NCBI GenBank assembly: GCA_963924565.1
Contig: OZ004608.1
Span: forward strand, 26,226,001-26,290,000
From: Ascidiella aspersa
Taxonomy: Eukaryota
DNA: 64,000 nucleotides
Direction: 5' to 3'
The translations under genes were made by a program, and so were the position numbers. The notes under the pieces are model-generated. The model searched no databases. It saw only the letters and a program-made list of their open reading frames with translations, and was not told where the DNA came from. Numbering within the stretch: the stretch's first letter is position 1; every line of letters begins with the position of its first letter. Shown piece after piece: positions 1-34,704 of the stretch.

Positions 1-632
1 TTTTTTTTTTATGTTGGCAAAGATGCACAAAACTATATTGAATCTTGAATTACGAGTCTAGTAGTAAAGGTGTAGCGCACGGCTATTTACCGACTAAGAG
101 ATTTTGTGTTTATTGTGCAATTTACGCTGTAACGGCTTATGCCCCAGATTTATTGTTTACTCGCACCAAAGTGTAAATGCTAAATGTGCTGTTCCGCGAT
201 TATCTCGGCGGTCAGCAGTTCGATTGTCTGTGGCTACTTAGGCCGCTGTCCGCTTGTAAATGGGACCTCTTCTCAGTTAACGTGTTGTGCGGTTGACAGC
301 GCTGTGCTGTTCACAGCGCTGTGTTGTTAACAGTGTTGATTGTCCGCCTTCCATAGTTTCAACTGGGTGTTTCGCTTATCAGATAATACAATTCTATTAA
401 CCTATACGTCTTGTGGTTGGCTAACGAGTTATACGCTCGCAACCTTCAAGCAACCTCAAAGAGTAAGAAGCTTCAACCCAACCAAACTAATCTCGTGCCC
501 CACAAAGGCATGTCAAGCTGAAATATTTAGGCTAACTTTTAAGTTGTTTTTTAACCTGTTTTATTAGCGCCAGAAAGTCAAACGTCTCTACAACTCGCAA
601 TATTTTGCAATATTTCGAAAAATAAACCAATG

Positions 633-3600
633 CTAACTAGCGACGGTGCTCTTGAGCTTCTCGATCGGCGACACCGTCATCAGTTCGGATTTGGCTTGAC
701 ACTCGGCCGCGTTGATCTTCATTTTCGCGTTGCCCGTCCTGGACAGGGTGACGTCACACAGTGACATTAGTCCGTCCACCATCAACCGTGGCGAGATGGC
801 GTCCGCCTGTGCCGCGTAACGCAGCGTGTCACCGAGAATCTTGGGCTTGGGATAGAGCGTACCCACGGACGCGGACCAGCGCACTTTGGACGGCCTACTA
901 TTAGGCAGCGGCTCCAGCATCTCGTTATTGTCACCGCCTTGCTGTTTTTCGAACATAATAGCGTCGCGGACTCGTTTGGTTTGTGTCGTTTCCGATGCGT
1001 TAGCGAAGCCGCTCGGATGCTGGTTGGTAATCGTTTCGTCCAGCAGGCCGACGGCTGCGAGGAATTCAGCCGAACGGCATTTACGACGAGATTCGAACCT
1101 GGACCTTTGGCTTTGTGTGGTCGGCTGGCGTCTCACGTGTCCTTTCAGCGGCAACGGACCCTGTTTAAACTCGACCTGGGCTTGATGCTGATTTAAATTC
1201 TGCTCAGGCAGGATAAACTTCTGACTGCGTTTGGAATTAGCAGCGAGCGAGGCGGCGAGAGAATTCGCCAAGTTTTCGGCGCTGAGGTGTTTTAGCGACC
1301 GCTCCAGGGCGTCTCTTTTTGCTTCGGTTTTCTCGGCAACGCCACCGTTTTCCATCATCGAGGGCACGCCTGTGAAAAACTTGAGCTGTGGTGGTTTCGG
1401 AAAAACGGTGAGGAGGGTCTCAAGCACATCGTCACTGCTGGTCGTCGATGTGGCTACTACGCTGTTGCCGTTGGCGGGCTCTGCCTTGGAATTTTGAACG
1501 ATCTGTTTTGTTTCGCCTCCTGTGGCCAGGGCCAGGTCTTGTTCAGAGCCAGGCCTGGGGATTTTAAGTGTAAGCAGATCACCGCCGGAAGTGATGTCAT
1601 TGGCCGAAACGAGGGGCGTGGCAAATGAGCAGAAGGTCACAGGTGCCGGTCTGGTCTTTTTGCTTGGAACGCTCGCATTGACCGCTTCCGAAATTGAAGC
1701 GACGTGGTGATATCTGAGGGCAACTGGAGTAGGCACGTCCTCTGTTTGACAAAGAAAATGCGTGAAATAAGTTTAAAAGACAACAGCCGCTGGTACTGTT
1801 GGTATTGCGTAATTTCGTTTTTGTTTGATGGATGTTTTTTACGTCATAGTTCAGCATTGGATTAAAAAGATAAAAAGCCATGCATGAAATACTTTATCTG
1901 TTTAATGGTGTTTTCCTCCATGGGCTGAGTTGCTGCACTTGCAATTGAGTTTCTCCGAATCTTAGTAATATTAACACTTAAAGCACTTAAAACACGACCA
2001 CAGATCTGGGAGTCAACCATTTTGCGCAGTACCTTTGAGAGGCAGCTTAATTCGTAGGGCGGTAACGTCGTTCGCTTATTCAGACATAATGACTTAAAGC
2101 AAAGCTTTTAGTTAACTTAACGCTTTTTTAACATACAAATTTAAATAATGATAGCGTAATGGTCACACCACTACGCGAAAATTCCCAGCGATCTCTTATT
2201 GGGGGTGAAACAGTAATTAAATATATGACAAACGTTATGTTATTATTTATAAAGATTCTTGAAAAATATTAGTGATCTTCCCCCTAAAATCGTACGAAAA
2301 CGGTATAACTTTACTACATCGACCGCCCAGAGGATTGAAGCCACGCCATTATTCTTTAAAGGTAAATAATTGCAACCAAACCAATCTAAAATATAAGAAC
2401 TGTGCGATAAAAGACGTCAAACGAAACCGTCAAAACTAGATTCAAAACGCATTGAAAATCTGTTGGCCTTTTGCTGCAAAACAACTTTTACCTCCGTTCG
2501 ATTGTTGCGTCAAAGGACGCGCATAAATCTTCGAAGAGTGGTGTGGGAAAGCGTTGGTAATAGAGTAGACGCCACTCGGATTGCTTTTGAAAGAATGGTC
2601 GCCCGATTCGCTGCTGACTTGCCCGAACTCTTTGCGGATCTGCAAAACAGCATTGGGGAATTTTTACGGTTTGATAACCCCACAATAGGACACAAAACAC
2701 CAGGAAAAACATTGTGTGCTTAGTCATTATTTGGGCGATTATTTTTTGACCTAAAAAATTAGAAATTTCGACCCGAAAAATTAAAATTTTGACAAATTTT
2801 GACCTAAAAATATATTTTTTGACGTATTTTGACCTATAGAAAATGAATTGATTTCAACAACTTATTGTTATTTGAAGTACTGCATTAGTGCCTTGAGGTC
2901 GTCAACCACTCGTTTTTGCTGTTTTACTGACTACCGGTGAAACAAAATTCAGTCATTTTTTTTAGTTTATGCAATACTCTTGGGAATGCGCGGTTGATAT
3001 TTTTGTCATTTCAAAAAAAAAGTACAAAAATACCAAAGAAAAACAAAACGCTGGTTATTTTAGTAAATGTTGTGTAAAAATTTGAAATACAAGGTATAAA
3101 AGGTAAAAATAGCAAAATACTGTTCAATACATTTTTTTAAAACGTTAACTGTAAGACAATTTAAAAATACTGACTATATTTTTTTAATTTTGTAAACGAT
3201 GTATATATGCATTTTTAATCGATTTTGACTTAAAGACTTTTGACAAATTTTGACCTAACGTGTAAATTTTGACACAATTTTGACTTTTTTTGACAAGTCA
3301 AAAATTAATCGACCTATAGTCATTATCTGCATTCTTACTGTAAACACGCCAATTTTAAAGATGTGCTGTCTTTCAAAAAAACACCTTGTCCATTCGGCTT
3401 TCAACGTTGGTAAACGTTACATAAACAGAGAAAAAATAGGTCAACAGTTGTAAAATAACCTCACGGTCAATATGAGATAAATCATTTTTCTATAACCTCT
3501 GTGCACAGGGTACTGTGATAAACATATTTGTTATTTATCGGGTTCAAATCAGGCAAAATAAACACAAAACACATTTTTTCGGTAAACTAATTTCTGCCTG

Positions 3601-5864
3601 AATGACTTTAAAAGTCCAGTCAAGTAATTTCAAAAAGTTAAGGACTACTTAAGTGCTCTTGAGTGACGTCAAAGTCTTAGTGATCAAAACATTCTAAAAA
3701 CCTTAAACTACGATATAAAAAAACAAATTATCTTCCGTTTATTTGAATGCATAGCGCCATCACACAAGTTATTTAATTCTGGGCAAGCGCCAAATATAAG
3801 CAATTACCTGCATTCTTCGCCGAAATAGGTTAGCAAGCGCCAGCACATAGCTCGGCGTGTTATTGGAGCCGTTCACCTTCGAGTCGACCTGCTCCTTGAC
3901 TTTGGACAGGGTCTTAGACTGAGCACGTTGGTCGAACGCTGACAAGCCGGAACCGGGCCCGTTGTTCTCATAGAGTCTCATGATCTCCGTTTCCACGTCC
4001 GCGCTCCATTCGCGTGCCACCTTCTTAGGCGGCCGGTGCGAATCGCCGCTACTGGCCAAAGTCGAACTGACCGACGCCGCGTCCGAATGCTGCTGGTGAC
4101 TTCCACGCTGGCCTTTTGAGTTCAAGGACAGCTTGGGTAGTAGGCGTTGACCGCTGCTGGACGACGAAATTTGTGAAGCGCTTTCGTCAGTCAAGTTGGG
4201 CGGCGACGTTTTCGCATTTCGGTCCGCGAGCTGCTTCTGGCTTTCGGCGATCGTCGGGCTTTTTACTTTCCGCGGCGGCGCGCTTTGAGCAGACGACTTG
4301 CCTTCCTCCGTTATAGCCACTTCAACTGCTTTAACGGCGGTAGTGCCGACTTCCTGGTTATCTCTGTCGCCGTGACTTTCCCGGACGAATTTCCGCCTGT
4401 CCTTCAACGACGAGCAGCAGAGCGAGGTGACGTGTTGATAGCGGTCCTCGTCCGCCCCTTGAGTGTCGCTCTTCGCCGATGACGACAAAGCGGCCTGTTC
4501 TTGTTGTTTCGATTTTGACGTTAGCGAAAGTTGCTGCTGTGAGGCGGAGGCGGCGTTGGTTGCTTGTTGCCTTTTCTGTCGCGTGCTGTTGCTGGTTGTG
4601 CTGTAGCTGTGGTTGGCGGTCTGGTGGCCTGAGGTTGCGGCCCGTGCGGGCGGCGGTGTAACTTGTTGCGGTTTGGTGATGCCCCGTGATCGGCAAAAGT
4701 AGAACAGGTCTGCCGATGCGAACAAACACATTAATGTTGTGGTCATGTGTAGGACATTAAGCATACAATGACCATATATTAATGTAATGTGATATATGCG
4801 ACGATTTGTCAGACCTAATAGGCTATAATTACTATACTAAAATATCGTATATTCGACTGATCATAAAATAGGTGCCATTGATGTTTGTTCATGATATTGT
4901 TTTTTATTGGAGTAAAGTTATTTAACTTACAGGTTCATTAATTTCATGTTTAATCCTGTGATTTGTTTCGTAGTATTTTTAAACAATTTCGCGCCGAGCG
5001 TGATTTGAAAAAAAAACAACGTTCGAATGTTTGGATGAGAGGCTTCTTACATTCTGAAATTTTTTTTATGAAATTTTAACACGAACTTTAGGTTAATGTC
5101 GCTTATTTTCATTTTGGATTGATTTTATCCTTTAAAAAACGGTTACCAGGTAGAAATACTTGTGAATTTAACTCGAAACCGCAAAACATATTGCCGCGAA
5201 GTTTTGTGAGATGGCCAAGTACAAAACCTTTAGGTCGTCTTAAAGATGAAAAAAGTGATAAAACGACTCGATCAAAGACAAAACTCGACAATAAGGTTCA
5301 ATTCTGAGCTTGCCAATGTTCATAAAGTTTTACTTTACCCGCTTCTTCGTCGTCGCTACTTTCGGCCTTCCAAGGGGAAAAATGCAGCCAAAGCTTCTTC
5401 TTTCTGCATGAAATAAAAATATGTTCTGGCGGAAATATTCACACAAGGCCTCCGCGTTTACAGGCAGGCAACTGTTCACAAAAGCCATTATCACATTACG
5501 CGCCCAGCCGTGTCGGATTTCGGTCCGTATTGTCAGGCGACATTAAAATCCTTGTCGAACAGCAGTTTGGCGAAAGGTCGAACGAAAGATAATGTGACAT
5601 AAATGGTCAAAGGTGACAGAGCTTACCGCCGTAGTATGGAGTAAAGCGACCTTGCCTTTAACCAATACAAAACAAGCGCCACTTCCTCAAAGCGTACACT
5701 TTATTGTTGATTATATCGAGCTATACTATTTGGAGAGCTTACTTGTTCTTTGCCGTTTTTGCACGGTGATGCGAACTTTTGTGTCGTCTGCTTGAAATCG
5801 TGCTGCCGAAACTGCTACGGGTATACGTTGATGAAGACATGGGAAAAGTGGGCTCGGGAGTCAT
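633..5864 (-). CDS. Uncharacterised ~780-aa Ser/Ala/Gln-rich, probably largely disordered protein; 5 or more coding exons; N-terminus uncertain
   Basis: Phase-consistent GT-AG exons: 5864-5743 (MTPEP..KTAKN), 5403-5339 (KKKLWLHFSPW..), 4709-3808, 2639-2492, 1741-633 (TAG). They total 2346 nt, or 781 aa. An alternative start is ATG 5883 (ATG GAT TG|gtgagt, exon 5936-5876) splicing into ~5790. The long ORFs 3769..4764 and 633..1736 are exons of this gene. No domain recognised. Confidence 0.7.
2731..3316. mobile_element. Non-autonomous TIR element (Mutator/foldback-like MITE) in an orphan-gene intron
   Basis: Exact 10-bp flanking direct repeat TAGTCATTAT (2721-2730 and 3317-3326). Imperfect terminal inverted repeats (TTGGGCGATTATTTTTTGAC / GTCAAAAATTAATCGACCTA) and many subterminal TTTTGAC motifs. 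Confidence 0.65.
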
Positions 5865-8800
5865 GTTTTACTCACCAATCCATCGTTCCAATACTTGACC
5901 GCGTCTAACGTTAAAGCGGATCAGAGAGAGTGTTGACTGTAGATGACAGTTTAACTGTTTCGTTTTTAACTATAGCCACATGAAACACATGAAAAACATA
6001 TATTAATTACATAACCATCGACGATTGGACGCTTATTTTAGTTGAATGTACATAACCACTGTACACTAAAATTAACGAAAAGGTCCGAACACAATTTGAC
6101 CAATGAACAATAGCTTCTATAAACTTTCAACTGTTTCACTTACGTAAAAATGCAGCCTAACTTGTGAGGCCTCAGTCTGTTCGAATATAATCCAGTCTTA
6201 AGCCTTATCATAAGAAAAATTGTCGAAGCCCGCATTCTCTATTGTCGAGGCCCTCAACGACCGCGCTGTTTTTACAAATTTCTCGAGGTAAAATCTGACT
6301 ACGCCTGTTATCCTTTTGGGCTGATTCGCTTTATGGCTTCAAGCGAGTCGACATAGGCCATATGAATGCTGCCTCGTCTTTTGTCTGGTCGCAGGGCATG
6401 ATACTTCGGACGTGATGCCCTGGTTTTCAGACGCTTACACCTTGTGCCGCCGCTGTATAATGCGCTACTGTCCAAATGATTACAACGTGCTGCTGGTACG
6501 TCGCGCAATTAACAATGTTCGACGCTGACAAACGAAGCCCTGCCGGCGTTGGTCACTTTGCTTTTCGTCTTTCTCCAAGTGGTCGAGTGCCTGTTTCACG
6601 GCGATATCTCGCTTTTGCCATCGAGTAGTGCCCGACAGTTGTTGATTTTGCTCTCAGCACTACACCACGCATTGGCGAGCGACATACGGTGGTTCTCCAA
6701 ACAAACGTAATAACAGCTGAAAATTAATTTTTATTTCGAAAAAACTACCGCAATATTATGCCTGGCAGCAATAAAAACTCGAAATTATGGTAATTATTTT
6801 GTCTTAGCATTCGTTTTCTAATAAAGTTTAATTATGATACAAAGCACAGACTGTACGATTATTACCTGTGGCACATTTAATAAAATATTTAACTAAATTT
6901 TCAAAAAAAAACTGCCGAAGCTGAATTACGAATCAAACTACTTACAAACTATATAATAGTTGCTCCCTTGGCGCTTTTGTGCCGCTTAGTAAAAGTCATT
7001 GTCAAAACTCCACGACGGTTCAGTGCGTCTATTGATCCACTTGTTTGTACAATTAAGCAAATATAGGCCCCTGCCTTGTTGCTTGTTTATTTTACCCAGA
7101 CGAGTAGGAAATTAAAAGTGTTGTGCTGTTAATTACAGGCGAAGACGTGAACGCTGTTTATAATGAAATATAGAACTGGTGATAAGCGTACGGCAAATAA
7201 AGTATTTTAAAATATAGAATGTTCTGGATGACATAATCCAGAAAAGTGCGTGACAAAGACAAAATAAGTTCCGAATGGCAATAAAATAAAGACTAACTAA
7301 TCAAAGCATACCAGGAATAGTTTATACAAATAATTTAACTTTCATAAAACCGAATAAAACGTAAGTACAACCAAATATACTTTGTTAGTTCGTCGATATG
7401 GTGCGTCTAGGGTTGCTAACACTTTGTATTAAAAAAAGACTGCATATTTATCTATATAACTTACTTATATATAAACTTACGTACTCTTTCGTATAGTCTA
7501 TAGTGGAATGCGTCAGGCTATCCTTGTCAGCTTGTAACCTTGTATGTGTTAGTAAATAAAACGAAAAAAAGTATTGCGTTTTTTAGTTCGTGTTTAAGAA
7601 TAAAGTCAGAAAAGTAACTATATGATTCAGTCATCGCTGCAGTAATTTATCTTGAAACATTGCTTATTTGGCGTCTCCTGAAACTAAAACATAAGACAAG
7701 CAATACAGAACTACTTTACCACCTCTTTATTCCACAAGGTGCGACTGAGTCTACTTTGCCTCTGCTAGAAATCACGTCGCTAACCTACGATGCAGTGCAT
7801 TTGTTTTTTCGTACAATCATAAAATCTGTAAAAAAAATTGAACTATGTTCAAGGATTTATTTTTGAGCTAAGTATAACTTACAACTAATTTTTAACAAAT
7901 TTTTATTCTTGACACTAGGATTGCTAGAGAGCTGCTGTGGTAACTTTACGTGATACCCAATATAGCTTTTCGGGCAAGAAACATTTTGCCCATATTAAAT
8001 TCCTCTTTCAAATTCAGCCAAAACGCGTAAATTTTACCCAAAATTTTCCTGAAACCTTCGGTTATTCATTAAAACACGTGTAACTGACTACACACATCAC
8101 CACCAAAATGCCAATCACCATACATTATGAAAATACTTTTATGAACACGACGTATTTAAATTCGAGGCATAAGAATTGGTAGAGCATGGTTGTCTTACAG
8201 AATAGGGGGAAATTGTGACGTCGTGAACAGCATGAATTTAAATACAAACATCCTTAATCGAGTGTCATCAATGACAGTAAATGCTTCAGGCCCTGGTCAT
8301 CGAGTTTGCTATGTGCAGTTCAATTTCTATTAGCATTGTGTGTAAAATATAGAAGTTATTTGATTAGCGTATTTTCAGTGTTACAAAGTGGTAGTTTTTA
8401 TGTTGATAATTCAATTTCATTAGAAAACCCTGCCGATTTTTTTGTAATTAATAATACTGGAAAAGTGTATCTATTAATAAACATATATTTTTTCTAATTA
8501 TTAACCTAACTTAAAGGTTTAGAGAAATTGTTTATTCCTTTAATTTAACGCACTGTACCCATGAAAAAGCACGTACACGTACGGCGCGAGGTTTGTCATT
8601 CAAATATGGGGATACAAATGCAAAAGTTGTCCAACGATGTATGGATTTCTAGTTAGAATTAACCGCAAAAAAGTGACAATTTTTTCTAAACGAATAACGG
8701 GATTTAGTCAAATATTTATAAAAGCAATAAATTCGTTTTCGGATAATAATTGAACAGGCTTGTTGATTTCAGTTTATAATTTTTTTTAACTGACTGTTAA

Positions 8801-10385
8801 TAAACTTAAATCGGAGTGGCCATGTGATTTTTTTCATAAGATTAAAAGGACATAGCGTGGGCCTAGTTCGACATGTTTGATTAGCCTACATCATTTAAAC
8901 GTGTGTTAGTAATCTATTTTATTGAAAATCAGGATTTAGGGGCCTAGGCCATTAAAAATGCATTTGTTCACAAGATGTTTAGGTTGTTTGTAGATATACC
9001 TTTTGCTTGGTTGTCCACGGATATAAATAGTTTTATTACACCTTTTCAATAAAACAAAATTTACCATTTTTTAACTGTTGTTGTAAATTTTAAAACATCG
9101 TTTATTTTGGTGTACGTAAACTAATATACGTTGATTTGGGGCTGCGTCAGAGTCTATTGTGTTGAATGTTATGTGATTGTTCGTTAATGCAACACCCACA
9201 TCACCACCTTAAAGTATGACTAAAATGTTGGTTAACTGTTTTAAAATGTACAACTTAAATATGGTTGATAGTATAAAAAAAAACTGTTGGCCTCGCTTAT
9301 TGAGTAGCAATATCGGGGTTCTCAACTTCTGAAAATGAATGAGGAAAACCTTAGGTTGCTTGAGACTGTTTCTGTTACAAAACGATTTCTATGAACCATC
9401 AAACAGTAGGAATGTTTTTTGAGGATGTTTTACTGGGTGTTTGGAAATACTGGAGTTGAAAGTAATGAGCGGATCATGCCTATCTACTTTGTGGGGGCGT
9501 CAAAGCTGTGTTAATCGGTGCGTATCCATTGTTGACGGGAAGGTTTCCTTTCTCGCTATTGCAGACAGTAAAGATTCGTGTTTACCTATACGTCACTAAG
9601 CTAAGTCATTGAATGGGAATAAGAATAATTGGTGTTTCCTGCTTAGGGTTAAACGTTGAATGGGGCCTGACAGGCAGCAAGCGTGCCTTGGCCGTCGCAG
9701 CTTGTCCTCGGGCAATTCCGGAATCCAGCCGCTTCCACTTGTGATGAAACAATGGCAGCACGCTGTTCGCTAGCGCAAATTACATTAGGTCTTGTGTCTG
9801 CGATAAACTGTCAGACGTGCCTTTCTTTTCGCCTGTTCTGTTTAAGCTTGTGAGCAGTTGGAGTGTGTGCAGTCAGATACCGTTGAAGTCAGGTATGTGA
9901 GTTACACCACAGTTGCCATTTGGTACCAGTAGTTTAACAGCGCAATTTATATTGAAGCAAAGTGCCTCCCTACTGTTGCTTAGAAGAGCGAGACAAAGCA
10001 TGTCTATTTCCCTGTGGATAGTTTTTCACATGCTTTGTTGTCTCTTTTCGCTTTTATTCGCTCGAGTGTGATGGCAGACTTTAATTCAAGCCTTCTCGAA
10101 CGCAAGCAGGCAGCGTGTTTGCGAGCCAAGAGGTCTCAGCTTAGCTAAACACAGAGCCGTAGTGCCAGCACTAGAATAGCGTATCTGCCAGAAAGGAACA
10201 GTTATATTGAGACTTGCGAGTTTAGTTGGACAGTTGTGCCATGCCATGGCAAATGGATTGTAGCGTTAGTCAGTATTTTGATTTAGATACTGCATGTCTA
10301 GTTGTACTGTTAAAGGGTTTTGTAACTGTCAAATTATAATTTATAATGTTGTAATTTTTGCAGAACTGGTTAAGTTAGGTTTGTC

Positions 10386-33254
<22,869 letters not shown>

Positions 33255-34704
33255 ACCGACGATTTCGTTGCACTCAACACTTCGAAGGTCTGCTTGCACG
33301 AAAAATACGTCGCCTTTTTTGTTAGGGACCGAATTGGTTTTCTGCCGCCCTTTTATTGCTGTGAAGTTCTAAAAGAGGACGGCATTATATTGTTGCATTC
33401 CCGCATTCCTTTCTTTCTCTGTGTGTATTGTTCGGCACGTTGCAGACGCACCAATGTACGTTCTTTGTCAATGTGCTTTCGTTTTTTATACAGTACATTT
33501 CGACCTGCTAAGTTTCCAACCGACCCATTTACGTTGCCTGTTTTTTTTTCTTAATTCATGTGTTGTACGTGTCAACCCGGGGCGATTCCAGTACAATATA
33601 TTCTAACGTTGCCTCAATTCGCCTTTAAGCATGCCTGGCTACTGCGGTTCTAACTTCTGCTCTACAAAGCTGAGTCTCTTCACGTTTGCTACTACCATTA
33701 TGCAGAGGTCGTCTTTTATGCAAAGCCTGTACGCTGCTAACAGCAAACCGCGAAGCGCTTTTCTCTGCCGATGCCTGTACGTTGTTTTTGCTTTCTTCAA
33801 ATAGCGACTTTCTTCAAGAATCGATTGTTTCTTCATACCCTGTGTTGTATATCCATACCGTTATTACTTGCGTAATACATAACCTTCATTTTTTTAGTTT
33901 TTCTTCATATTACTTATGTTTATTAGCAACGTGCGTGTTATTTACCGTGTGATAGGCCCTTTTTTCCATTCCGTGTTCTTTGACATGACAAGTTTTTTGT
34001 TTGACCTACTTTGCAGTGGTTTCAACAATTTGGCCGAGTTTTCGCGATCAATTTCAACGGAAGTAACTTATATTTAAAACATGATAAAACTTGTGTTATC
34101 GCATCGAACCATGATATTATTTAATCTATAGTGTTTAGTTTGTTCACTGTGCTTTCACAATTCAAGTAAAACAGTAAGCATATATCCAATTCTGCTGTAT
34201 ACGTAAACGATTTGTTTTCAGCACACCTGCGTAGATTATGCTAATATGTTTTAACTATCACCAATTGTTTCGGTTTGGGATTGCTGTTTCGAAGACAAAT
34301 TTCGCCTTCACTAAACCCTTTTTCATCTTCATATTTTCGTTGCAATTTCTTGTGGTTCTTACTTACACCGATTTTGATATATACTCGACTGTAGGTCAAA
34401 TAAATAGACAAATTATCGATTTTTTGCAATTTCTAAAATATCTGAGAAGTGTACTTTCTTCGGACACTATAAGCGTAGGAGCGGCTTGTAAAAAATGAAA
34501 ACAAGGTTGAGTGCAGAAAACTTTATTCAACAGGTTTTATGGCGAGTAGAAAGCGATCAACAGGGTTTTCGTAGTTTGTGAGCAGTCTACGTACAACATG
34601 TATGGCAAAAAAAACTTTAATGGTTATTATATATGTACAGACGTGCGCCAACGAAAGTATGGCAAAAATAAAATCAGTTTTTGAATGTCCGGCGGCGACC
34701 GTAG

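Noticed and set aside
296-340. Short 17-bp tandem (ACAGCGCTGTG..) and a similar ~23-bp tandem at ~60395-60441 considered as CRISPR-like arrays
   Set aside because: Only 2-3 adjacent units with no unique spacers, in a eukaryotic context; ordinary slippage duplications.
886-1710. Plus-strand ORFs 886..1185, 939..1196, 1231..1497, 1522..1710 (also 4116..4661)
   Set aside because: Antisense shadows of GC-rich exons of the minus-strand orphan gene; no splice or homology support.
33255-34704. Possible overlap of the convergent ZSWIM and receptor 3' UTRs, and short ORFs in this interval
   Set aside because: Poly(A) sites cannot be placed from sequence alone; the ORFs look like T-rich UTR noise.
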